64,000 nt of DNA from an uncultured Desulfosarcina sp. GTDB taxonomy: Bacteria > Desulfobacterota > Desulfobacteria > Desulfobacterales > Desulfosarcinaceae. The stretch's first letter is position 1; each line of letters opens with the position of its first letter. The stretch covers positions 256,001 to 320,000 of the forward strand of contig CAXXWQ010000003.1 in assembly GCA_963674945.2 (NCBI GenBank). Direction: 5' to 3'. The notes under the pieces were generated by a model. The model did not search any database. It saw only the letters and a list, made by a program, of their open reading frames with translations, and was not told the origin of the DNA. A program made the translations under genes and the position numbers. This document shows, piece by piece, positions 40,804-51,202 of the stretch.

Positions 40804-42090
40804 TTATGTTGATGCAGATTCTATTTCATTTTCGTCATTTAATAAAAAGGTTCTGTTTACATCCATGCTACTCATTATGGATTCGTCAGGCGGCACGCTG
40901 CATTTTGATTCCTTTTTCCGCAGTTTGGTCTTACTATTGCTGAAATATCTCGCAGTATAATCATGACGACATTCGATCGTATCTATGGATTCGGGCCTTC
41001 CGAAGTAAAAGCCCTGTCCCAGATCAAACCCAAGTTGCCTGCATACTTCAAATTCCTCCTCACATTCAATACCTTCTGCAAGGGCGAGTATACCAAGATC
41101 GTGAGATGCTCTGATAAATGTTTCAATCATTTGATGCAGTCGCTTTGGGGCGATGTGAATTTGGCGAATAAGAGAAATGTCGAATTTCAGATAATCTGGT
41201 GATAGATTTGAAAGTTCGACCAGCCTGGTTTGACCGACACCAAAATCGTCGAAAGCCAATGCCATATTCATCATTTCCAACGCATGACTCAACTCGGAAA
41301 GCGTATTTGCATCAGAGGCGGCCTTTTCGTCCAATTCCAGAACAATTTTATTGGATGGGGCAATATCTCTGATTCTTTCCAGCGAAGCGATAAGGCCTTT
41401 CATGTCGTATATTTCCAGCCTGTTCGTATTGACGAACAACACAGGCAATCCAGGCAAATTCTTCCCGATCTCAACACCGACTTCACGAAAAATAGAACTT
41501 AATTCCAAAACGCATCCCAAACTCTCTGCCATATCCAATAATTCAGATGGATTTGATGGCAAATCCACATCGTCAATACGTCCGAGAATTTCGTAACCGA
41601 CTTCTCTCATGTCAGAAAATCGTACGATGGGTTGAAAATGAGGGATTACGTTTCGCTCGTGAATCAACGACCGCATTTTGTCCTCTACTCCAGACAAATT
41701 ACAGATTTCTTCATTAATGGTTGAAAATACGGTATCCTGCTTTGTGTGGGGATTCGGCGCATCTATTCTTTTTGCCTTGAACTCATATTTCCCGATTGTG
41801 ACAATATCACCGGCTTCAATCATTTCAGCATGATCGATTTTTTTATTGTTGATAAATGTTCCATTGGTGCTGCCAAGATCACGAATCCATAAAAGGCCAC
41901 TGCTTATTCGAAGCTCACAGTGATATCTCGATATGCGCTTATCGAGTAGCCTGAAATTGCTGTCCTTTGCACGACCAATCACAAAAGGAACCGAATCTAT
42001 GCAGACCGGCCATTCTCTACCGATATCCGCTACAGCCTCCAAGCACCATTGGTACTTTTCATTTTCATTATGATCGTTCATTAACAACAT
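40804..42090 (-). CDS. FHA-EAL domain protein
   Basis: IGR...ISRYH...DLGSTNGTF (FHA); HFQPI, YEILGR, DDFGVG, AEGIE (EAL). Confidence 0.9.
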   Translation of the reverse strand: MLLMNDHNENEKYQWCLEAVADIGREWPVCIDSVPFVIGRAKDSNFRLLDKRISRYHCELRISSGLLWIRDLGSTNGTFINNKKIDHAEMIEAGDIVTIGKYEFKAKRIDAPNPHTKQDTVFSTINEEICNLSGVEDKMRSLIHERNVIPHFQPIVRFSDMREVGYEILGRIDDVDLPSNPSELLDMAESLGCVLELSSIFREVGVEIGKNLPGLPVLFVNTNRLEIYDMKGLIASLERIRDIAPSNKIVLELDEKAASDANTLSELSHALEMMNMALAFDDFGVGQTRLVELSNLSPDYLKFDISLIRQIHIAPKRLHQMIETFIRASHDLGILALAEGIECEEEFEVCRQLGFDLGQGFYFGRPESIDTIECRHDYTARYFSNSKTKLRKKESKCSVPPDESIMSSMDVNRTFLLNDENEIESAST

Positions 42091-42427
42091 CTTATCTCCC
42101 ATTGACAAAAGGCTATTTGAATTTGCGCCGGAATAGCCATGCAGCCGCACTAAGGGATTTCGATGGACATGATTTTATTACTTCCTCGTTACATACGAAA
42201 ATTAAATGGTTCGCCGCTCAACACGTATTTCAACCAATAATAAGCATTCTCCCAATTATCGTTTTCGGTTTTCATTAGTATTTCTTAAGTTAAAAAGTTA
42301 TCTTTTAACTTGGACGTTGTGCACAAAAATGATTGAATTTTCTTTGGGAGGTTGACCCTGCTGTGCTATACATGGCCATGGGTCGGGGATGGTTTCACAC
42401 TGGTGTTTCTCTCTATTTAAGGAATAA

Positions 42428-43051
42428 TTGATGACACTGCATCTGTATATTCCATTTGTCATGGCGGCGATCATAATTCTGATCATACCGGGGCCGACAG
42501 TCCTTTTGGTAATAAGCCAGGCCGTCACACATGGAAAAAAGTCTGTCATTCCGCTGGTGGCAGGGGTTCTTCTGGGAGATTTTACAGCAATGACGCTTTC
42601 TCTTTTGGGACTTGGGGCAATCATGTCTGCATCGGCAGCCCTTTTCACTTTTTTTAAATGGATGGGGGCTCTTTATTTGCTGTATCTTGGGATCAACCTC
42701 TGGATCGCAACTCCTGAAAATCGTTCGACCACGGACAATGAGGCATGTGTATCGTCACAATCGCTTCTGCGAAGTTCGTTCATCGTGACGGCCCTTAATC
42801 CCAAAAGCATCGCATTTTTTGTTGCTTTCCTTCCGCAGTTTGTAAGTCCCTTCAGGCCTGCACCGCTCCAGCTGACGCTGCTCGGAGTGACGTTCTTGTT
42901 CTTGGCAACCATCAACGCAGCTTTGTATGCCGTATTTGCCGGTCAGTTGCGTGAACATGTTCGGAAGAAAAAGATTCGCAGATGGTTCAACCGGTGTGGA
43001 GGGAGCGCACTGATTGGAGCGGGCATATTCACTGCCGCGATGAAAAGATGA
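42428..43051 (+). CDS. LysE/RhtB family translocator
   Basis: IPGPTV, KWMGALYLLYLG, ALNPKSIAFFVAFLPQF. Confidence 0.93.
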   Translation: MMTLHLYIPFVMAAIIILIIPGPTVLLVISQAVTHGKKSVIPLVAGVLLGDFTAMTLSLLGLGAIMSASAALFTFFKWMGALYLLYLGINLWIATPENRSTTDNEACVSSQSLLRSSFIVTALNPKSIAFFVAFLPQFVSPFRPAPLQLTLLGVTFLFLATINAALYAVFAGQLREHVRKKKIRRWFNRCGGSALIGAGIFTAAMKR

Positions 43052-43581
43052 CGAAAACAGATCAAAAAAAATGGGACACAAGATACGGCAGGAAACCGGG
43101 CGGATCGGAACCATCCTCAATCGTGAAAAAATATCATACGCTTGCAGCTTCCGGCAAAGCCCTGGATATCGCCTGCGGGAACGGCAGAAACAGCGTTTAT
43201 TTGGCGACAAAAGGCTTTGCTGTGGATGCGGTGGATATATCAACGGTGGCCACCGGCCAACTGGCAGGCAAACATCCGAACATCAACGTCATATGCGCGG
43301 ATCTGGATACATGGGATATCCCGCCGGACCGTTATGAATTGATCGTAAACATCCGGTTCTTGAACAGAAGGCTGTTTCCCATGATCCAAGACGGACTTCG
43401 ATCCGGCGGCGTCCTGATCTTTGAATCCTTCCTGGACGGGCTGACGGACAAATATTGTCTGAAGCGAAACGAACTACTCCGGGCGTTCCAATCACTCCGG
43501 ATCATCTACTATGAAGAAAAAAAGATAGATCCTGCTGAAAAGTATGATCAAATCGCATCGTTGGTATCGGTAAAAACTTAA
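43048..43581 (+). CDS. Class I SAM-dependent methyltransferase (TehB-like)
   Basis: ATGA overlap with lysE-like gene; KWDTRY, ALDIACGNGRNS. Confidence 0.88.
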   Translation: MTKTDQKKWDTRYGRKPGGSEPSSIVKKYHTLAASGKALDIACGNGRNSVYLATKGFAVDAVDISTVATGQLAGKHPNINVICADLDTWDIPPDRYELIVNIRFLNRRLFPMIQDGLRSGGVLIFESFLDGLTDKYCLKRNELLRAFQSLRIIYYEEKKIDPAEKYDQIASLVSVKT

Positions 43582-43596
43582 TCAATGAGGGGCAAA

Positions 43597-44076
43597 TCAG
43601 TAAATCATGCCCCCCACATATACACCCGCACCGACAAAAAGATCCTGATCCGGCACCCGATAAATATAGGTCAGTTTTTTGGAAGGTGTATTTTTACCGG
43701 GTTTGGGCCACATATATTCAACCCAACCATGCCCCACCTTTCGGGCAAGATTGACAAAATGCACAAACAGCGCCTTGTCCGTGGGGTCGGTGATCAACAG
43801 AACATGATCTTGTTTGGTAAGCTCTGGTTTAAACGGATGTGCCAGCATTTTACCATCCAGATTCATCAAAAATACGTAGGAATCCTTCCAGACAAAAGTG
43901 CCTTTGGGATTTGAAATCTCTTTGATGGCGGCGTCCACACCCTTTGAAATAATCATGGCCGCTGCCTCATGGCACTTGATCACACATTCATCCTTGGTGG
44001 CAGATTCACCTGCCCATCCGTTAACAGCAAAGATTCCTGCCATCAGGCAAATCGCAATGATTCTATATTTTTTCAT
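43597..44076 (-). CDS. Stand-alone periplasmic single-Cache (sCache_2) protein
   Basis: Signal peptide; YVFL...MLAHP...GWVEYMWPKPG...KKLTY...VGAGVY. Confidence 0.88.
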   Translation of the reverse strand: MKKYRIIAICLMAGIFAVNGWAGESATKDECVIKCHEAAAMIISKGVDAAIKEISNPKGTFVWKDSYVFLMNLDGKMLAHPFKPELTKQDHVLLITDPTDKALFVHFVNLARKVGHGWVEYMWPKPGKNTPSKKLTYIYRVPDQDLFVGAGVYVGGMIY

Positions 44077-44139
44077 GTCATCCTCCGTCTTTATTCATGT
44101 CGATTGTATGTTGGTGCAGGATTGAGGCACAAGAATTCC

Positions 44140-44715
44140 TCATTTTTTCGGTTTGATCCAAGGATCCCCAACGGGCAGCACATCATAACCGAAAACCTGC
44201 GCGTAGATGACATGTGCCATCATATACAGGGCGGCGGCGGCACAAAGCATCAGTTCATATCCTGCCACTTTGGTAAGCCCCGGAAAGCCGAAATGAGCCA
44301 AATCAAGAAGAATGAATCCGATCAGCAGCAAGGTGAAGGTAACAGCCATGGCACCGTGGACGCGCATGGCCGGAACCCACATGATTGCCGTATAAATGGT
44401 CCATGCGACCAAAAACCATCCAACATCCGTCGTGGAGGAATGATAGATATTGTAGTGATTCAGAATAAAAATGACACCCAATGCGATCCAAAACGCACCA
44501 TAGGAAACAAAAGCGCTGAAACCGAAATTGTTGGCACATTTGAATTCCATAAAACCAGCAATCAATTGAGCCAGTCCACCAAAAATAAATGCCATCGCGA
44601 CGATGGGACCGACACCACACCAACCAACATTGTGAAACTGGAGCAAAAAGGTGGTGATTCCAAACCCCGCCAGGCCGACAACCGCCGGATTTCCCATAGG
44701 TGTTTCGTTTCCCAT
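44140..44715 (-). CDS. satP: Acetate uptake transporter (SatP/YaaH, GPR1/FUN34 family)
   Basis: GNPAVVGLAGFG, GGLAQLIAG, YGAFW. Confidence 0.9.
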   Translation of the reverse strand: MGNETPMGNPAVVGLAGFGITTFLLQFHNVGWCGVGPIVAMAFIFGGLAQLIAGFMEFKCANNFGFSAFVSYGAFWIALGVIFILNHYNIYHSSTTDVGWFLVAWTIYTAIMWVPAMRVHGAMAVTFTLLLIGFILLDLAHFGFPGLTKVAGYELMLCAAAALYMMAHVIYAQVFGYDVLPVGDPWIKPKK

Positions 44716-45081
44716 GTTGAACTCTCCTTCCCTTGATTGGTTCATTCATTCAAATTTGTATTGTTGATCGAGACGAAAAGAATATCGATTTTTAATCAGA
44801 TCAACGCAGGAAGCGGAGTGTACGAAAAGTCGCAAAAGGCAGATTAGAGCGATGACCGATCGTGAAAATGGGTAACTGCTGCAAGTCACTTGGAATAGGA
44901 AGATTATTGATAAACTATACTCGTTTCGAGGGAATTAAGTCAAACATTATCGCGAAAACAAGCAGATGGAAATAAATGGTAAAATTCTTATAAAAAATTC
45001 CAATCCAACTGATGTAAAATGAACTGATTTTTGTAGAACAATGCCTCATTAATTGCTATACGTTTTTTCCGAGGATGATAA

Positions 45082-45842
45082 ATGAGACCGAAAACGCTTC
45101 CTGCCTTACTCCTGCTCTATTCTCTTCTTTTTCCAGGCGTGCTACTGGCAGCCAATGGCTATTTTCTCCATGGTATCGGTGCTGTGAATGAATCCATGGG
45201 AGGAGCGGCAACCGCGGGAAACCCTCAGGACCTGTTGGGTAGCCTTTACCGCAACCCGGCCAATGCAAATCTTTTTTACGGGTATTTATTCTCAATGAGT
45301 CTGGGCGTCATTATCTCGGATGCAACCGTAGAAAGTTCGTTTTCGACACTGGGAATTACCGGTTCCAGCGATTCCGATGCGGATACAATCCCAGCGGGAC
45401 ACCTGGGGATGGTCTTCAACGGTGATAACAGCCCGTTTTCCTATTATGTTGCCGTTGTCGGTGAGGCTGGTTCTTATTTGGACATTCCACAAAGCGAAAC
45501 CAATCCGATTTTCATTGCTCAGCAAGGAAAATGGGAATCCAGAAAAGTATCCACGACAGCTGGATTGTCAGGGCCGGCTACAACTACGGCAGCAATCCCA
45601 TCGGTGATGACATCACATTCTACAATGTGGGCACACCGCAGCACAACGAGCACCATTTGGCCTTGGGCGCTTCATGGATGGTTTCACGAAAAACGGCTAT
45701 CGATGTTGGCTATACCCATGCTTTTGAAAGTTCGCAATCCGGTTCATGGTATGATGCGACCGGTCAGCCCATTGGGCAGACGAACATTCACTCCTCACTG
45801 GCCTATGATCAAATTTCAGTTGGTTTCACCCATTCATTTTAG
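45082..45842 (+). pseudogene. FadL/TodX outer-membrane channel remnant with internal deletion and frameshift near 45530
   Basis: N-terminus ANGYFLHGIGAVNESMGGA...NPA in one frame; C-terminus RAGYNYGSNPI...DVGYTH...FTHSF in another; about 250 codons in total. Confidence 0.85.
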
Positions 45843-45882
45843 TATGGGTACGAGTATAAAAATATTCAAGCATGGAGGTGAC

Positions 45883-46566
45883 ATGAGAGTTATCGTCTGT
45901 TTTCTTCTTCTTACTGTGTTTTCAGCAGAAGCGATCTTTGCCGGACCGGCTGAAGAATTGGGGGAAGAGCTCAAAAAGTGCGGAACGCTAAATCCCAATA
46001 CCGTCCCCGACAACTGGGTTTCCGTTGGCGTCATGACCGGCCAGCACAAATCATGTTTTACTTATATTCCGCCCACTTTTCGCCATATCCCTTTGGGAGA
46101 GGCTTCAAATCTCTATCTTGAGGATGATTATACCAGTGCCTCAATCATCGGGGGTGTGTTACCGCCGGGATATTCATGCGATCTGAATGGTGTGATCAAT
46201 TGGTACGGCGACATTGTGTCCCAGACCGGCTGCATAAACCCGAAGCTGGAATGGTATGATGTCAATCTGTCCAGTTTTGTTTATTCCTGCACCAAGAACA
46301 ATGTCCCTCTGGTCGGCGGTGTTAAGGTTATCGTCGATGGTTCGAACGGGTTAATGTGTAGCGTGAATGTAATGGGATACGCAATGCCGCAAACCGATAT
46401 TAAAAAGACATGTCAGCTATCCCAGATTCTTAACGGTGTGAAGTGTGCTAACCCGCAATATGGTGGCAAGGTCTGTCACAAACCGATTTGCAGCAATAAC
46501 TGCAAAGCATCAGGCCATCGTGGGGGGTACTGCAATTCGTTCGAAGATTGCATCTGTGTCGAGTAA
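45883..46566 (+). CDS. Secreted Cys-rich protein with C-terminal defensin-like (CSalpha-beta) motif, 227 aa
   Basis: GGAGGTGA RBS; signal peptide MRVIVCFLLLTVFSAEAIFA; ends VCHKPICSNNCKASGHRGGYCNSFEDCICVE. Confidence 0.8.
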   Translation: MRVIVCFLLLTVFSAEAIFAGPAEELGEELKKCGTLNPNTVPDNWVSVGVMTGQHKSCFTYIPPTFRHIPLGEASNLYLEDDYTSASIIGGVLPPGYSCDLNGVINWYGDIVSQTGCINPKLEWYDVNLSSFVYSCTKNNVPLVGGVKVIVDGSNGLMCSVNVMGYAMPQTDIKKTCQLSQILNGVKCANPQYGGKVCHKPICSNNCKASGHRGGYCNSFEDCICVE

Positions 46567-46864
46567 AACGATTTCAGAGACATACACAGATCATAAGAAA
46601 ATCATCGCATCCACTATACTTCGTCTAACGTTTTTTACCAAAGTGCCGATCTTCTATAAAGCGTTGAAAAGACCGGCGGTACCAAATGGGATGAAGTAAC
46701 AACGCAATCGCGTTCAGTTACCCATTGAAGAACCACCCGGTCTCGTGTTCACCACTGCAAATGCATCGGTTTTACACACAAAGGCTGCTGCGGTGATCAC
46801 GGGTTACCAATCCAAACCGGAAGATCGACTTGGGCAACAACCATTTATTGACGCAAGGTAAACG

Positions 46865-47785
46865 ATGCAGACGATCTATTCCATAGGAGGAGGCAAAGGC
46901 GGCGTCGGCAAAAGTTTTGTCGCCGCAAGTCTGGGCGCGTTACTGGCCGATCGTGGAAAATCGGTGGTTCTGGTCGACCTGGATTTGGGGGGATCCAACC
47001 TGCACACCTTTTTGGGTATGCCGGCGCCCGAAGATGGATTGAATCGCTTTCTGGACCGAGCCGAACCGCAGCTGGAACGGGTGGCGGTCAGAACGTGTAA
47101 GGACAATCTTTTCCTTATCAGCTCCAACAACTGCTCCATGGAGATTCCCAATCTGTGCCATGCCCAAAAGATCAAACTGATCAACGCCATCCGCGGTTTG
47201 CCCTACGATTATATTATCCTGGACCTGGGAGCCGGCACCAATTTCAATACCCTTGATTTTTTTCTGGTCTCCCGGCAGGGAATTTTCATCTGTACCCCCG
47301 AACCCACCTCCATCGAAAACACGTTCCGCTTCATCAAGGCTGTCTACCTGAGAGGCTTGAAACAGATCGTCAAGGGAAACGGTTTCAAGCGGATGACCAA
47401 GGCGACAGTCACTGACAAGCGGGCCAACGGGCTGAAAGCCGACGAAATCTTCGATCTCGTATCCAGAACCGATCCGGCTCACGTGCTGCTATTGAAAGCG
47501 GCAATCGGCCGGTTTCACTTCAATCTGATCCTGAACCAGTTCCGTCGCAGCGCCGGGAGTACCCTGGGCCCCAAAATTACCGACGTGTGCAATCGTCACT
47601 TTTACTCTCCCTTTGAATTTCTGGGACAGGTCAATTTCGACGAAAGCGTCATCGATGCGATCTACACAAAAAAACTATACTCCGATAATTTCCCGAACAC
47701 GTTGACCGCCATGCAGCTGAAACAGATCGGCAGTCAGCTGCTGGCGCAATCCGCAAGACCCGATAATGACAGACTTTGTGCATGA
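46865..47785 (+). CDS. MinD/FlhG-like P-loop ATPase
   Basis: GGGKGGVGKS, DLDLGGSNLHT, DLGAGT, PEPTSIEN. Confidence 0.9.
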   Translation: MQTIYSIGGGKGGVGKSFVAASLGALLADRGKSVVLVDLDLGGSNLHTFLGMPAPEDGLNRFLDRAEPQLERVAVRTCKDNLFLISSNNCSMEIPNLCHAQKIKLINAIRGLPYDYIILDLGAGTNFNTLDFFLVSRQGIFICTPEPTSIENTFRFIKAVYLRGLKQIVKGNGFKRMTKATVTDKRANGLKADEIFDLVSRTDPAHVLLLKAAIGRFHFNLILNQFRRSAGSTLGPKITDVCNRHFYSPFEFLGQVNFDESVIDAIYTKKLYSDNFPNTLTAMQLKQIGSQLLAQSARPDNDRLCA

Positions 47786-48438
47786 AGACCTTTGAATTCG
47801 ACAATTATTACGACATTCTTCAACTCCCGCCCAATGCAGGGAAGGAAGATATCCGCCACGCCTACCAGCAGACATCAGCCCTTTACGATGCGGAGAGCCC
47901 GGCCACCTATGCCCTCTTTTCGGAACGTCAGCGAAAGACCCTGCTCAACGCCATCGAAAAGGCCTTCGAAACCCTGATCGACGATGACCAGCGTGCCGCA
48001 TACGACCGGATGCTGCTCGACACCGGTGCGCTGGATGCCAGGGATTTTTCCGATAGCTCCCCAAATGAAGAGAACCAGCGGAAGGATAATGGCGGTCCGA
48101 CGAGGGAAGAGAGCCTCGTCCAATGGACGGCAAAGCAGGCCGAGACGCAGGGCATGCGTAAACGTATCGAAGCGATCCTGTCCGAATCGCGACTTTCCGG
48201 GTCGCAGTTGAAGGAGTTGCGAAACGCCTACGGCATCGAACTGTCAGAAATCTATGCTGCGACGAGAATCAGTCAAAACGTCATGACGGCCATCGAGGAA
48301 GACCGGTTCGCCAACTTGCCGGCCACGGTTTATCTGAAGCAATTTTTGAAAAACATAGCCCAGATTCTGCAGATCGATCCCTCACACGTGGTCCGGGGCT
48401 ATCTGGAATCCATGGGCGTCAGCCAGTCGGGAGGGTGA
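47782..48438 (+). CDS. DnaJ-like plus RodZ-type HTH protein
   Basis: NYYDILQL...RAAYD; GSQLKELR...AIEEDRFANLPATVYLKQF; ATGA overlap. Confidence 0.85.
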   Translation: MKTFEFDNYYDILQLPPNAGKEDIRHAYQQTSALYDAESPATYALFSERQRKTLLNAIEKAFETLIDDDQRAAYDRMLLDTGALDARDFSDSSPNEENQRKDNGGPTREESLVQWTAKQAETQGMRKRIEAILSESRLSGSQLKELRNAYGIELSEIYAATRISQNVMTAIEEDRFANLPATVYLKQFLKNIAQILQIDPSHVVRGYLESMGVSQSGG

Positions 48439-48506
48439 CGGCCGCCAACACGGCCTGCGGCCATGTTGCCGTTTCACAGCTCCTGATGTTCATTGGATAC
48501 AATGAA

Positions 48507-49757
48507 TCAAACGATCTCTATGGCGCAAGCCATGGAAACCCCTCCGCCGCCACAAAGTGTTGCCAGCCCTAAGGTGTTGCCGCGTTTTCTCATGGCATGA
48601 ATCAAAGATACCATGATCCGGCATCCCGTGGCACCCACGGGGTGGCCCAGGCCGATACCGGAACCATTGACATTGGTGATCTCCCGGCTTAGTTTCAACT
48701 CCCGTTCGCATCCGATGTATTGGGCGGCAAAGGCCTCATTGACCTCCACCAGGTCGAAGTCTTCGACGGTCAGTCCGCTGCGCCTTTTAAGATCCCTGAC
48801 GGCTGGGACCGGCGACAGTCCCATAATGGCAGGATGGCAGGCGCCCTTTCCCACGGCCCGGATTCCGGCAAGTGGTTTGATGCCCAGTTCATCCGCTTTT
48901 TCAGCCGACATGATCACCATGGCCGCCGACCCGTCGTTGAGGCCGCTGGCATTGCCCGCGGTAACCTTGCCGATTTTGGGAACGAAGGCGGGGGGCAGGC
49001 TGCGCAACTGGTCCATGGTCAGTCTCGGTCTGAAATGTTCGTCCTTGTCGAAGATCAGCGGATCTTCTTTTCTGCGGGGCACGGAAACCGGAACGATCTC
49101 TTCGGCAAAGACCCCGTCGACGGTGGCGCGTTCGGCGTTGTTGTGGCTGCGCAGGGCCACTTCATCCATCTCTTCTCGCGTGACACCCATTTTCTGCGCA
49201 ATAAATTCGGCGGTGTGCCCCATGATGTAGGGTTTCCCCAAAAACATGCTGGCCGGTGCCGCGGCGGTATCAACGGGAGCGTCCGTTGACAATGGCGCGA
49301 AGAAGGATCCGCTGTGAAGGGCATGGATCATGGCGTCGACAAAACCCTGGTCCTGAAGCCTTGCGCCCCAACGGGCACTGGGAACCGTGTACGGGATACC
49401 GGACATGTGCTCGACCCCTCCGGCCAGGATCACGTCGGCCATCTCCGCCTGAATCATGGCCATGCCGGAAATAACGGCTTCCATGCCCGAAATGCAGACC
49501 CGGTTGATGGTGACCGCCGGTATCGTATCGGGGACGTCGGCCAGTAACGCGCCAACTCGGGCCACATTGAGATTGTCGTGATGCTCCATGCAGCAACCGA
49601 AGCGCACGTCGTCGATCATCGAAGGGTCAATCCCCGCACGTTTGATCGCCTCTTTCATGGCGATGCCGGCCAGCACCGGCCCGGTAAGGCTTTTGAGGCT
49701 TCCTCCGAAGGTGCCGATGGCCGTACGGCATGCACTTGCAATGACAACGTCTTTCAT
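48507..49757 (-). CDS. Acetyl-CoA acyltransferase (thiolase)
   Basis: NRVCISG, TAGNASG, NEAFAAQ, GHPVGATG, CGGGG. Confidence 0.95.
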   Translation of the reverse strand: MKDVVIASACRTAIGTFGGSLKSLTGPVLAGIAMKEAIKRAGIDPSMIDDVRFGCCMEHHDNLNVARVGALLADVPDTIPAVTINRVCISGMEAVISGMAMIQAEMADVILAGGVEHMSGIPYTVPSARWGARLQDQGFVDAMIHALHSGSFFAPLSTDAPVDTAAAPASMFLGKPYIMGHTAEFIAQKMGVTREEMDEVALRSHNNAERATVDGVFAEEIVPVSVPRRKEDPLIFDKDEHFRPRLTMDQLRSLPPAFVPKIGKVTAGNASGLNDGSAAMVIMSAEKADELGIKPLAGIRAVGKGACHPAIMGLSPVPAVRDLKRRSGLTVEDFDLVEVNEAFAAQYIGCERELKLSREITNVNGSGIGLGHPVGATGCRIMVSLIHAMRKRGNTLGLATLCGGGGVSMACAIEIV

Positions 49758-49962
49758 CTTCACCTCCATTGCGGGTTTCATTCAGGTCGAATTCTATCAA
49801 ATCGATTCGGTTTTTACCATCCATTCTTCGGGAGTGTGCGCCTGGCCATCCTTGATCGTCCACAACAAAGATTTGAATGCCGACAAATCTTCCAATGGAT
49901 CGTCTCGAAGGACAATAACGTATCAATTCCCATCATTTCCGCCGTGAATCATCCCAAGGCAA

Positions 49963-51202
49963 TCATACGCCATCGCCTCCCCCCCAGGCATTTTCATATT
50001 CCCTGAATAAATCAAGGGACGCCTCCGCATCTGAAAACGCCTGGTCGTAAGTGCCCATTCCATAATGGTTCAATGCACGAGCATACAGCAGCCAAACATA
50101 TTGACTGTCGTAGACCCCTTGTCTGGCGGCCATCATCAACCCTTTTTCGGCACATTCACAGCCCTGAGAATAATCAACCAGGTAATATACGGTCAACGCC
50201 GCCTGGAAATAGGTAATCGGCAGGAAATTATCCAATTCCATTTGCACGAATGTGGTAATAACTCTTTTATTCAAGGCGTCCGCTTTACGAAAATTACCGG
50301 CTACATGAAAACGGTAGGAATGACACAATTCAAGCCATGTGCGGATAAATGTCATATCGAAATTATCCGATACGGCAAATTTTCTCACGGCTGAACCGTA
50401 ATATTCGTCGGCGCCATCCACGTCGCCCGTGATGGCGGAAAAGAGAATCAAAAATCCCGCCATTTCTAACGGAAAAAACGGGTCCTTATGAGAACGGTCC
50501 CGAATGGCATCCATCTCCTGTATTGCCCTTTCCAATTTGCCTGTGAGATAATAGTGAAAGCCGATCTCCTTACGGCAATTGGCGATTCCATCGACATCAT
50601 TCTCTTCTTCGAAAAGAGATAGCGCGATTTGAAAATCGCGTATGGCCCTTTGGATCTCCCCGCCAACGGACATCACCTTCGCCCTGATGAACAGCAGTTG
50701 GGCATTATTTTCGATCAGCGCCGGCGGCAGCGTATCGAAAATTTTCTTTAGGAAGGTGATGGGGATATCTTTGAAATCGATAAGCACCAGTCCGGCAAAC
50801 AGGCGACAAACCTCTTCGTGATGCTCACCGGCGATATAGTGACGCAATATCGCAAATTTCGGGATCGAGATGGGAAAGGAGAGACGAACGCATCATAAAA
50901 TCTTGTATTTTTATAGGTTGACGTTCGACGATATCTGTTGTGGCGCGGTACCGTGAAAGCTTAAGACCAGGTTCTTTACGACTGATGATGACCAAATGGA
51001 GGGTGTTGGGCATTCTCTCCAACAACAGCTCAATCGCGCCAGGGATCTCCGTGCTCTTGCCATATCCGGCGCCGGCAATGATCAAGGCCAGTTTTTTATG
51101 TGTGATGGCCGCAAGCTGCTCTTTCAGGCGGGTACGTTGCAGGGTGCGTGCCGTGTAAGGCTTTGTCAGTTTGGATTGCAGAATCGGACGATGGGTTTTC
51201 AT
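49963..51202 (-). pseudogene. MalT-like STAND ATPase/TPR regulator remnant with several internal deletions
   Basis: ILQSKL...GAGYGKST joined directly to post-Walker-B LHLVIISR, then IQDFMMRSSLL, then a frameshifted TPR segment; no DNA-binding domain seen. Confidence 0.8.

Noticed and set aside
45082..46566. Single genuine 494-aa gene
   Set aside because: It is the FadL N-terminus plus out-of-frame sequence plus a separate gene that has its own RBS and signal peptide.
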